The position numbers were made by a program, and so were the translations under genes. A DNA stretch of 64,000 nucleotides, from NCBI GenBank assembly GCA_050298595.1, contig JBNKUM010000070.1:1-64000 (forward strand). The letters run 5' to 3'. The notes under the pieces are model-generated. The model had not been told where the DNA came from and searched no databases. It saw only the letters and a list, made by a program, of their open reading frames with translations. The DNA comes from Gammaproteobacteria bacterium (GTDB lineage Bacteria > Pseudomonadota > Gammaproteobacteria > GCA-001735895). Below, in pieces: positions 18,741 to 27,812 of the stretch (within the stretch, counting starts at the first letter, position 1; the number at the start of each line of letters is the position of its first letter).

Positions 18741-19517
18741 TTATTTCTGGAAATGCCCAAACACGGTTTTCATTAGCTCAGTAGTGCGCTTAAGCGGTTG
18801 TTCACGGATCAGTTTTTCTTCCACTGCAATCCTATCAAACAGCGCACCCATTGCATGATCCATTACATAGTCATCGATATCGATGGTATAGGTATTGGCT
18901 GGATAGATTTTATTAATCGATTGATCGAGTGATTTGTAGGTGCTGGTCAATCCAGTCTGATCGGTTGCCTTGCTGATGATGGGCATAAACCTTTTACGCA
19001 GCGAGGCTTCTGTACGCTGACGAAAATAGGTGGTGGCTGCATTATCTGCACCCTGCATGATATTCAGAGCATCTGTTACCGTCATTTGCTGTATGGCCGA
19101 GGTGAAAATATCTGTCGACTGTTTTACTGCCTGTTGCGCTGATCTATTTAAACGCAGTTCGAATTCATCAACTTTTTTACCCTGGCCCAGATTACGTAAC
19201 AGCTCGGCAGGTTTGGTGAGTTTTTGCGGGATCGGAATATGGTAAAGATCACTCAGGTTGAACCCTTCCAGGGCACCCAAAAGATATATGGAATCGTTTA
19301 CTCCTTGCGCCAGAGCCTCTTTGATAGCCTGAGCCATTTGTTGAGTGGTAATCTGCATGCCGCCAGAGGAGTCTTTTGTTTTGCTCTCAACCGCTTTTTT
19401 GACTTCATCCAGTATCGGTTTAGCCTTTTCTACCACAGGTTCCAGCTGACTACAGCCATTTAACATCAGTATGGTTACCAAAATACTTAAGGTGCAGGCG
19501 ATAGTTTTATTATTCAT
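18741..19517 (-). CDS. DUF4197 family lipoprotein
   Basis: Lipobox LNGC; KEALAQG, LNRSAQQA, AATTYF, EEKLIR. Confidence 0.8.
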   Translation of the reverse strand: MNNKTIACTLSILVTILMLNGCSQLEPVVEKAKPILDEVKKAVESKTKDSSGGMQITTQQMAQAIKEALAQGVNDSIYLLGALEGFNLSDLYHIPIPQKLTKPAELLRNLGQGKKVDEFELRLNRSAQQAVKQSTDIFTSAIQQMTVTDALNIMQGADNAATTYFRQRTEASLRKRFMPIISKATDQTGLTSTYKSLDQSINKIYPANTYTIDIDDYVMDHAMGALFDRIAVEEKLIREQPLKRTTELMKTVFGHFQK

Positions 19518-19614
19518 ATTTTGCTCGTGTTTGCGTTAGTCTTTATTTGTCCTCAGTATAGCAATATTCAGCTTTTCGTTTTATAAAGTAGTTTCTAAAT
19601 GAGGAGAGGATAAA

Positions 19615-20106
19615 ATGAAAAAAATAATTATACCCGCCATCAGTAGCTTACTCTTTCTTAACAACGTTTTTGCCGATGATGATATCTCGATGGTAAGTAC
19701 CAAACGTCTCACGCTACCCACGGCTATGAAGGTCGCCCAGGCGGCGATAGACCACTGCACCGAAAAAGGCATTCAGATTGGTGTCACGGTGGTTGACCGT
19801 GAAGGTATTATTCAGGTGACCCTGCGCGATACCATAGCAGCTCAGATCACCGTGCCCATTAGCCATCGCAAGGCCTATACGGCGGCCAATTTTAACAGTG
19901 CAACCTCGGCATTGGGTGATAGAGCCAATTCACCCGTTGGACGTGCACCAATGATTTTGATGTCCGCAGGAGGATTACCGATTGTGGTCAGTGGTTCGCT
20001 GGTGGGGGCTGTAGGTGTGAGTGGTGCACCCGCTGGTGAAACCGATGAAGAATGCGCTCAGGCTGGTATCGATGCGGTACTGGATGATCTGGAGATGTCG
20101 TTGTAA
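19615..20106 (+). CDS. Exported GlcG/HbpS-family heme-binding protein
   Basis: Strong RBS and signal peptide; VTVVDREG, KAYTA, GGLPI, GAVGVSGAP...DEECA. Confidence 0.88.
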   Translation: MKKIIIPAISSLLFLNNVFADDDISMVSTKRLTLPTAMKVAQAAIDHCTEKGIQIGVTVVDREGIIQVTLRDTIAAQITVPISHRKAYTAANFNSATSALGDRANSPVGRAPMILMSAGGLPIVVSGSLVGAVGVSGAPAGETDEECAQAGIDAVLDDLEMSL

Positions 20107-20114
20107 AAATCAGT

Positions 20115-20147
20115 GAAGAGCCGCCAAATGGCGACTCTTCTGCTTTT
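20115..20147. terminator. Rho-independent terminator between convergent genes
   Basis: GAAGAGCCGCCA-AA-TGGCGACTCTTC followed by TGCTTTT. Confidence 0.75.
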
Positions 20148-22598
20148 CTAGTGCTTAATAGAATTCATAAATGAGCTGATCGCACGGTCAAACACCGATA
20201 CCGATTCGATTAATTTAGCCCGCCCTGCTCTAATTTCCATAGCTAAACCACTGACGGTTATATTCTTGATTTTTACGCCATGCCGATTTACGAACACATA
20301 TTTCCCGGTCACATTACTTTTCCAGGATAGCTTGGCATTCACCGCCTTGCTGCCATGTTCAATAAATTCAATCCAATCTCCAATTTCGATAGATCGTGCC
20401 TTCATATCACTTTCATCCTGCTCCTGAGAAGAATCGTATTGGGCAGCGGCAGTATCAAGGATTATCTCTTCGTCTATCAATATGTTGCCCTGATTGACAC
20501 TCTCGGCGAATTCTTCCAGGTTGTATACGACCTGCTGTGTGGGAATCGCTGTTACATTGGTAATTGATTCACTTTCCTGAGATTCGTCCAGATCGTTTTC
20601 AACTACCTGAATTTCACCGGTATCATCCTTGCTGAATTGAATATCTACCACTTCATCAAGGTCATCAATCTCAGTAAAAGCAGCAAATGCTGCTTCTGGC
20701 CCATCTTCTGGCCAGACAGTTTTATCATCTATCCGAGTGACTATATTTTTACTGGTTTGTTTGACCACTCGGGAGTGTTCAAGTACAAGCATTTTAAACA
20801 CCTTATTCTGCATCTCCACATCTATCTTGACGAGCTCCATACCTCGCGACAATGCACGTAGTAATGAAGGTAAGGTTTTGAGTAATTTACGCTTGTCTTC
20901 CTCAGTGTGTTTTGGAATTAAGGACCACACTAGCGTGGTGGTTATTTGCTTGAGGTTTTTCCAGTATTTTGAGTCTGCACCCTGCGCTGCCAGTGTATTC
21001 GACAATACAGACATCCAGATGCCTTCCAGAAACTCAATGACGGAAAATCCCAGCTCATGCTTGTTGAGCATTTTCTGAATGAAGTCGTTTACCAATATCT
21101 GAGCGTGCTGTACCTCTTCGTCTCTTTCCTTTTCCTGCTGTTTGATTTCCTGTAACTTGATTTCGACCTTGGAGTTCTCTGATGACAGGAATTGATTAAA
21201 ATCATTTAACGCGGTTTCAAAAACGGATACATCCTGTTCAAATTCGGTTATAAGAAAATCGACTATCTTTTCAATTTTATCAATCAGTATCTGTTCCAGC
21301 TCTGCATCGGAACTCCATCCGAGCGAGGCCTTGGAGATTGAGTCGAGTAATTTTCGCGCAGGGTGCTTTTTCTGATTAAAAAAGTTGACATCTATCATCG
21401 CAACTTTAAGTATCGGAATTTGCAACCTGCCGATAAGTACCTTGATGGGATCGGGTAAGGATGCGTCATCGAAGAAGAAATCGAACAGCATCGAAATGAT
21501 ATCGATAATCTGGTTATCAGAACTCGTACTGAGATGGCCGTTTTGCTGTTTAAAGGCCGTAAGCTGCTGATGTAATTCGGTTTTATACTGGACAGGATCA
21601 ATGCTCTGTACAGGTTGATTGCTACGTAAAACTGTTTGTAATCCACTTAACGCGGCTGCATATTCTGGATGGATTAATACTGATGACCCTCCTCCTGAAA
21701 CAGGCATTACCGCGCCCTCAGACGAACCACCTGCTTGCCCGGAAACCGGGGGCATTTCACCAGTGGCATAGGATGTGGGGTTTGGAGAAAACGCCTGTTG
21801 CAACATCGCCAGTACATTGCCTTCTAATGCCGCTTGAGTACCGGTAGTATGGCCAGGATCGACTGCATCCGGTTTTTTGGTATCAATTTTTGAAATCTTG
21901 TTAGACATGAAGCGCGAAGTAAATTTCTGCCGCTCCTTAGATGCTTCGAACTCTGGAAGTACGCCCTTATTGACGAAGTAATTATTTAATTCCATATAAA
22001 ACCCCCCAAGCCTGGACATCACGAACTTATCGAACATCTTATAGAAAATCAGGAGTACGTGGATATCCGACTCCAGTTCTTTAGCGGCAAGATGAAAGCT
22101 TTCGCAAATGGCCTTAGGATCCAGGGGGTTTAAATCTTCAGGTATCTGTTTACGGTGTAATACGACCTTGAGTCTTTCTATCACGGCATAAAGGTCATCT
22201 TCAAAATGAGGGCGCGCCTTGCTGATCATATTTTCTATCGCCAGCTGAGCTTCCATGTCTCCCTGTTCTACCAGACTGAGCTCCTCTTGCTGGGTTGAAT
22301 ATTTAGTATTTGAACGTTCCAGCAACAGACGATCAAAGCAGGACTGCATTTCCATATCGAAGTTTTGCTGAATTTGTTTGCGTTTGAGGCGGATTTCACG
22401 CATTGCGTCGAAATACATATTACGCTCTTTGTCACTCTCAACCTTTTCAGTCAATTCGAACAAAGCATCATCTATGCTTTCCATTAAAACCCGAATGAGG
22501 TCGGATAGCCCTTTTAATGCGAATCGTTTTACAGATTCGTATACCATTGTGTTACCGCCAAAAGCGATTACATTGCCTGTTCTTTCGTTGGTTGACAT
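20148..22598 (-). CDS. DUF1631 family protein
   Basis: 816 aa. YFDAMRE, NPLDP, LQIPILKVA...FF...HPARKLL, and C-terminal GDWIEF...KLSW...YVFVNRHG. Confidence 0.85.
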   Translation of the reverse strand: MSTNERTGNVIAFGGNTMVYESVKRFALKGLSDLIRVLMESIDDALFELTEKVESDKERNMYFDAMREIRLKRKQIQQNFDMEMQSCFDRLLLERSNTKYSTQQEELSLVEQGDMEAQLAIENMISKARPHFEDDLYAVIERLKVVLHRKQIPEDLNPLDPKAICESFHLAAKELESDIHVLLIFYKMFDKFVMSRLGGFYMELNNYFVNKGVLPEFEASKERQKFTSRFMSNKISKIDTKKPDAVDPGHTTGTQAALEGNVLAMLQQAFSPNPTSYATGEMPPVSGQAGGSSEGAVMPVSGGGSSVLIHPEYAAALSGLQTVLRSNQPVQSIDPVQYKTELHQQLTAFKQQNGHLSTSSDNQIIDIISMLFDFFFDDASLPDPIKVLIGRLQIPILKVAMIDVNFFNQKKHPARKLLDSISKASLGWSSDAELEQILIDKIEKIVDFLITEFEQDVSVFETALNDFNQFLSSENSKVEIKLQEIKQQEKERDEEVQHAQILVNDFIQKMLNKHELGFSVIEFLEGIWMSVLSNTLAAQGADSKYWKNLKQITTTLVWSLIPKHTEEDKRKLLKTLPSLLRALSRGMELVKIDVEMQNKVFKMLVLEHSRVVKQTSKNIVTRIDDKTVWPEDGPEAAFAAFTEIDDLDEVVDIQFSKDDTGEIQVVENDLDESQESESITNVTAIPTQQVVYNLEEFAESVNQGNILIDEEIILDTAAAQYDSSQEQDESDMKARSIEIGDWIEFIEHGSKAVNAKLSWKSNVTGKYVFVNRHGVKIKNITVSGLAMEIRAGRAKLIESVSVFDRAISSFMNSIKH

Positions 22599-22811
22599 AG
22601 TTTTTCCGGAATTACAGCCTGTATCTATTATTTTAGGTTATGGGGAAAAATGGTTTCGGTTATAAACTAAGAACTTTTTACAGTTTTGTTCAAATCAACA
22701 CAGTTTTTCCCAGAATTATCAAAGCTTAGCTGCTTTTAGATGCTTTACCAGACCGTTCATATGCATAAAATCAACCTATGTCAGCTAATATAAAATAAAC
22801 TAATCTAGAAT

Positions 22812-23570
22812 TTATCTTTTAAACCAGCTTTTTGGTTTCTCTGTCATCTGATTCAAGGTCACTATTACCAGCAGAGGTTTGTCCTGCATTGCGCTGCGTT
22901 GTGCTTTGCTGGTAATCTGACGCATCGCCATTTGTGGGTTATCCTGAAATCGCGACAGGGTCACTCTAAGGTACTCTGGAGTAATGTGCTGCAACAAATC
23001 ATGCTTACAGATAAGCAGCAGGTCGTCAGAGGTAATCGATAGTTGATTAATCTTGATATTGAGGGTTTCAGTAATACCCAGCAGGTTTTCAGGATTATCC
23101 TTAGTGCTTTTCGTTTGACTCAGATTCATCAGCTTTCCTTCGCGAAAATGCAGACAACAATGCTCATCCGCATGGATAAAGCTACATTCCCCATGAATCA
23201 CCTGCATCACACTCATAGCAACACCTTTGTGTTCAGCAGATACGCCTGAATTGCCCTGACTTATCAGGTAGTCATTAATATTTTCGAAAGATTCCTGAAT
23301 ACAACGAGTCGCCAGCACATGTTTGTTATAATCACTTGCCTGCTCATATTCACGCGAAGAAAGGTTGGTCTGAATGTCGTCCAGTAAGATCTCTAGCGAT
23401 AATCGAGCAGCTTCTCCTGTTTGATCGGCCTTGTCTTCAGCTATACCCACTAAAGAAAATTGATTATCAATGGCGACCACCTGAGATCTATTTCTGGTCA
23501 CTCCATCAGTGATCGGTTCTCCTTCGATGGACTGGGCCTGAATACTAACGCTGTTGTATGCCTGGTTCAT
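22812..23570 (-). CDS. PP2C/PrpC-fold protein with degenerate catalytic motifs
   Basis: Spacing resembles PP2C (LVGIAED, FIHADEH, LLGI, DDLLLICKHDL), but the DG aspartates are replaced. Start taken at MNQAY. Confidence 0.6.
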   Translation of the reverse strand: MNQAYNSVSIQAQSIEGEPITDGVTRNRSQVVAIDNQFSLVGIAEDKADQTGEAARLSLEILLDDIQTNLSSREYEQASDYNKHVLATRCIQESFENINDYLISQGNSGVSAEHKGVAMSVMQVIHGECSFIHADEHCCLHFREGKLMNLSQTKSTKDNPENLLGITETLNIKINQLSITSDDLLLICKHDLLQHITPEYLRVTLSRFQDNPQMAMRQITSKAQRSAMQDKPLLVIVTLNQMTEKPKSWFKR

Positions 23571-23681
23571 GTGTAAAACTCTGTAGTACTTCGTGGGTAT
23601 TTTAGACGTTCGTGAGAGCTTGTTCTCTATTTGCATAGTTTTTGTGAAATAGATCTTAACAATATACCACAACAAACCTTT

Positions 23682-23955
23682 AGAAAAGAGAGGGATGCAG
23701 CCCTGGAAGATTCCATGAATTCCATACTAAACAAACTCGGAACACTGGATATCCAACTCTCATCCCTCACCTATAGCCGTGTATGCGATGCAGAGAGTGC
23801 TTCACCGGTAAAGGTCGTGTGCAGGACACGGAAGCCTTGTGACTCTCTGGAATAGCCCGCTATTGTGCGTCGTCACGCCTTGATCTACACCACCGCAAAC
23901 GCACTACAACTCGTCCAACTGCGGACTCCAGGTTGAAGATTTCAGGCCGCATCAA
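23682..23955 (-). ncRNA. Candidate structured small RNA or 5' leader (~270 nt)
   Basis: GC-richer intergenic block with several hairpins, a sigma70-like promoter upstream, and an AGGG-CTGCAT-CCCT hairpin plus pyrimidine tract at its 3' end. No family recognised. Confidence 0.45.
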
Positions 23956-23961
23956 ATAAAT

Positions 23962-23990
23962 ATTGCAGGGATAGCAGAAATTTCAGGCAA
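23962..23990 (-). promoter_or_regulatory. Putative sigma70 promoter
   Basis: Minus strand TTGCCT-N17-TGCAAT. Confidence 0.35.
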
Positions 23991-24050
23991 TGAAAAAATC
24001 CTTGAATTCATTTATTATTTCCTCATTATCCCAATGTTAAAAAATAAATC

Positions 24051-24860
24051 ATGCGTCATTTGATATTTATATTGCTCTGCCTGTTTTCTGTAACCGCCTT
24101 TTGCTTTCCAAAAGAATCTCGAGTACCTGGCGGAATCGCTTTAATTCCGTTAGGTAAAAATATCCCTGAAGCAACCTTCAAATTCAGGAATAAACCCTTA
24201 ATCATTACTCGACAAAAGGGACAGAGTATTGCTGTGGTCGGATTACCGTTAGATATAAAACCAGGGGAATACTCCATCTCTGGTTACATAGGCGATGATA
24301 AATCGCTACTTAGAAAATACTTTACAGTTAAGGATAAACAGTACACAACACAGTACATTACGATAAAGGACAAACGTAAAGTGACCCCGGAAAAGCGCGA
24401 TTATGATCGTATTGCGCGTGAATCAAAACGCAAGAAAAAAGCGACAGCCGATTGGAATGATAACCAACCCGATCTAGATTTTCTTACTCCGGTAGATGGC
24501 ATAATTACTGGAAGTTACGGCAAACGCCGAGTATTCAATGGACAGGCGCGCAAACCGCACAGCGGTATGGACATAGCCGCCGACAAAGGCGTACCAGTAA
24601 TCGCTCCAAGTGATGCAATAGTGATAGAAAGCGGAGACTTCTTTTTTAGCGGTAATATGATTTTTCTACAACATGGGCAAGGATTGATTTCATTGTATGC
24701 CCACCTTGAAAGCATTGACGTTAAAGTCGGTCAAAAGGTTAAAAAGGGCCAGGTTATTGGTAGCGTTGGTGCTACCGGAAGAGTAACTGGCCCACATTTG
24801 CACTGGAGTGTGGGATTGAATGGTAGCTGGGTGGATCCCGCTTTATTTATCCTGGAATAA
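24051..24860 (+). CDS. M23 family metallopeptidase
   Basis: SRVPGG N-domain; HSGMD, YAHL, TGPHLHW. Confidence 0.92.
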   Translation: MRHLIFILLCLFSVTAFCFPKESRVPGGIALIPLGKNIPEATFKFRNKPLIITRQKGQSIAVVGLPLDIKPGEYSISGYIGDDKSLLRKYFTVKDKQYTTQYITIKDKRKVTPEKRDYDRIARESKRKKKATADWNDNQPDLDFLTPVDGIITGSYGKRRVFNGQARKPHSGMDIAADKGVPVIAPSDAIVIESGDFFFSGNMIFLQHGQGLISLYAHLESIDVKVGQKVKKGQVIGSVGATGRVTGPHLHWSVGLNGSWVDPALFILE

Positions 24861-24874
24861 GGGTCTGGGTTGGA

Positions 24875-24910
24875 TGACCGGTTTAGAGTTTGTAAAACAA
24901 TAACCGGTCA
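24875..24910. terminator. Inverted repeat between convergent genes, probable terminator
   Basis: TGACCGGTT...AACCGGTCA. Confidence 0.5.
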
Positions 24911-24940
24911 CGTATTGAAAACCTTTCTTCCTAAACTGGT

Positions 24941-25516
24941 TCAAAATGTAAACCGAACCCCAACATGAACCCGATCATCATCAAGTTCGTAACCAGTTGC
25001 CTTATCAACATCAACCTTCAAACTACGATACCCGACAAAAGCAGTAGTCTGTGGCAAAATCTCTACCTGAAAACCAAGATTAATATCCTGTACTTCTTCG
25101 GTATCTGAAAAACTGGTTATCTTTGGGGCAAAATGACCTGTCAGATAAACCGCCATTGGCATGACACCCGGAAAGGTATAACGTATCTCACCACCAATAG
25201 CCAATGCAGCAATACCTTGATTGATCTGATCAAGATCTCCCAGATAAAGACGTGCGCCAACTCCAAGAGTTAGAGGATTGTTTACTGAAGCCTGACGACG
25301 TTGCATAAGGCTCATCTGCGCTACAAAATCATCCGCTTCATTATAAAAAATACCCATCCCCAATTCTGACCCGCCCCATCCAATCAGACTGGAGTCTGAA
25401 CGAAAGGTAAATTGTGCAGTTTCAGAAGAAACAGCGGCCTCAAAATCATTGGCTCGGGAAGTGACTGGGAATAAAAATACTAGACTGATTAAACAACTGA
25501 ACAATAAAGATTTCAT
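24941..25516 (-). CDS. YfaZ-family outer membrane beta-barrel protein
   Basis: Signal peptide; ALAIGG, FAPKITSFSD, FVGYR; C-terminal GVRFTF. Confidence 0.8.
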   Translation of the reverse strand: MKSLLFSCLISLVFLFPVTSRANDFEAAVSSETAQFTFRSDSSLIGWGGSELGMGIFYNEADDFVAQMSLMQRRQASVNNPLTLGVGARLYLGDLDQINQGIAALAIGGEIRYTFPGVMPMAVYLTGHFAPKITSFSDTEEVQDINLGFQVEILPQTTAFVGYRSLKVDVDKATGYELDDDRVHVGVRFTF

Positions 25517-25612
25517 GGGTTTTAAAGATAATTTAAAGAGTACATATAATAACACAGGGGCTACTAAATATGGTTCGCTTTCTGTAGAAATTGTTTTAAA
25601 GATAATAGCTGG

Positions 25613-26323
25613 TTATTTTGAACTATTACCTGCAAACAGTGTATGCACCTGGGCAGTTTGAGCTTCAATCGGAGTATTAAGCCAGCGGAATAGAGGTGCC
25701 CACTGCTGCTGATCCTGTTTAACCTGAGGGTGTTTTAGCTCTTGCACTCCGCAACCCTGTTCTATTGCTTTCGAATAAAACTGCGTATCGCGTAGACTGG
25801 TGACGAAAGGAATTTTAAGCGTAAACAGAAAGCGTTCCAGCGCGTGGTACATCAGGGTATTTTTGCGCACTCGATTAGCAATTACCGCCATACGAATCTG
25901 TTTTTTTCGGGCTTTTCCAATTAATAAAATATCCTTGATAAAATGTGCCGCAGCATGGATATCGATGGGAGAAGGTAATACAGGAATGATCAGACAATCA
26001 TTTTCAAGAAACATTACTGCCAGTTCCGAAACATCGATACCTGCCGATGTATCAAGCACGACTACATCTGTTTCGGGCGGTATTCTAAGCTGCCATGATC
26101 TTGTCATATGATTATCAGGCCTACGTGAAGCATCTACACCATGAATGACAGGAAAACTATTCCCCCTGCTTTTGAGCCATTGGAGTGAAGAACCCTGTGT
26201 ATCATGATCAAACAGACGGACTTTTTTACCCTGTGCTGCATAATGCGAGGCGATATTAGTCGCTATAGTAGTTTTACCACAACCGCCTTTGGCATTTGCA
26301 ATCAAAATTCTCTGGGTAGTCAT
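25613..26323 (-). CDS. ParA-family ATPase (no parB nearby)
   Basis: NAKGGCGKTT, DHDTQGS, PVLPSPID. Confidence 0.9.
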   Translation of the reverse strand: MTTQRILIANAKGGCGKTTIATNIASHYAAQGKKVRLFDHDTQGSSLQWLKSRGNSFPVIHGVDASRRPDNHMTRSWQLRIPPETDVVVLDTSAGIDVSELAVMFLENDCLIIPVLPSPIDIHAAAHFIKDILLIGKARKKQIRMAVIANRVRKNTLMYHALERFLFTLKIPFVTSLRDTQFYSKAIEQGCGVQELKHPQVKQDQQQWAPLFRWLNTPIEAQTAQVHTLFAGNSSK

Positions 26324-26481
26324 GTCTTAATATTTCTCGTGATTTTCCGAAATGTTTCAGTAAGCTTTAGCTGATGATTCTGTATCTGTCAATGAAATAC
26401 AGATCTCCTTCCTCAAAATAGGGATTCTGTACCTATATTTATCGGCTAAAATCAAATTTTCTTAACCAATCTCTAAATCTG

Positions 26482-27759
26482 ATGTCATTTATGCAACCTG
26501 ATAACACACTACATTCCACAGCACCAGGTAATCCAACTGCGCTGGATAAGGTTGAAAAAGGGTCCATATTAGATGCCAATGTCGCCATCCACTGGCGGTC
26601 TCAGGACTGTCGCTTCAGTGATTGGCGCTATTTCCCTAATATCAACCTGTGGCGTGATTACCTGCCTGTTGAAATTGAATCTCAGTTACCTGGACAATCT
26701 CAGGGCGCGCTAATTAAACATTCCTTTAAAGAAGGTGAACTGGTTGAGAGTTACCAGCAAAACCTGATCAAAAAGGTTTCCCTTAAACAATTTCAAGCCG
26801 AGCCAAAAGGATTACTCTCTATTATCCCTCAGCCAGGACGTTTTTATCCTAAAGATTTTTTCACTGGTATAGATGGAGTTTACCAGGGTAATAAGTCACC
26901 CTGCCGCATCATTGCAATGGACAATGAAAGCATTACAGTTGACTTCAATCACCCACTGGCTGACAAAAAGATTGATATGGAATTTAAAATTAATCTAATA
27001 AAGAAATCAACTTCTGAGCGCGGTGGTCGCTGTAACGATATCCCCGCTTTACTCTGTGATTACGGTCCGGGTATGCAATCTCAATTAAAGGGAATTGATA
27101 CAGCATTCAGGCATGAACATGCATTTTCAAGAATCGATGAGTCAGATGATGTTGCTTTTTTCGGTATTCCTGACTTCACCTCTTTCTGGGATAACTCTGC
27201 TTTATCTGTTGTAACTTCTTTATATGACGATCTATTGTCAGATGGCATGCATGTTCTTGATTTGATGGCTGGCGCACATAGTCCTCTGCAAAACTCCAAC
27301 ATTCAGCTTGCCAGCCTGAGCTGTGCTGGTTTAAATCCGCAGGAACTTGATGCCAACCCGATTTGTACGCAATGTGATCAAATCAACGTTAATGAGCCAG
27401 ACGCATTAGCGATTTATGAGCAGGATCTATTTGATGCGGTGCTGATTCACGCGGCTATTGAATATGCAACTCAACCAGATCATTTAATGTCGCAAATTGC
27501 CCGAATATTGAAGCCCGGCGGACGAATCATCATCAGCTTCAGTAATCGCTCGGTTACACAAAAAACAGTACAAATCTGGACTGAACTGCATGAATTTGAA
27601 CGCACCGCACTTGTTTTGAGTTATCTACAGCATTCGAATGCTTTCAGTCAGTTTAATAGCTTTTCAATGAGAGGGTTATTCAGACCAGAAGATGACAGCT
27701 TAGCAGATCGTTTACTTCTCTCTGACCCGGTTTATGCGGTTTGGGCCGATAAAAAATAG
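26482..27759 (+). CDS. FKBP/SlyD-like domain fused to a class I SAM methyltransferase
   Basis: ITVDFNHPLA (SlyD signature); FSRIDESDD, VLDLMAG, RILKPGG, SFSNR. Confidence 0.75.
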   Translation: MSFMQPDNTLHSTAPGNPTALDKVEKGSILDANVAIHWRSQDCRFSDWRYFPNINLWRDYLPVEIESQLPGQSQGALIKHSFKEGELVESYQQNLIKKVSLKQFQAEPKGLLSIIPQPGRFYPKDFFTGIDGVYQGNKSPCRIIAMDNESITVDFNHPLADKKIDMEFKINLIKKSTSERGGRCNDIPALLCDYGPGMQSQLKGIDTAFRHEHAFSRIDESDDVAFFGIPDFTSFWDNSALSVVTSLYDDLLSDGMHVLDLMAGAHSPLQNSNIQLASLSCAGLNPQELDANPICTQCDQINVNEPDALAIYEQDLFDAVLIHAAIEYATQPDHLMSQIARILKPGGRIIISFSNRSVTQKTVQIWTELHEFERTALVLSYLQHSNAFSQFNSFSMRGLFRPEDDSLADRLLLSDPVYAVWADKK

Positions 27760-27765
27760 ACGATA

Positions 27766-27805
27766 ATACCAGGGCCTGTTAACACGTGTTAACAGGCCCT
27801 GGTAT
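27766..27805. repeat. Perfect 40-bp spacer-less palindrome, probable bidirectional terminator or collapsed MITE
   Basis: ATACCAGGGCCTGTTAACAC|GTGTTAACAGGCCCTGGTAT between convergent genes, followed by a T-run. Confidence 0.85.
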
Positions 27806-27812
27806 CTTTTTA

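Noticed and set aside
23631-23855. 74-aa ORF over the candidate RNA
   Set aside because: TTG start, no clear RBS and no motif; the region is better explained by structure.
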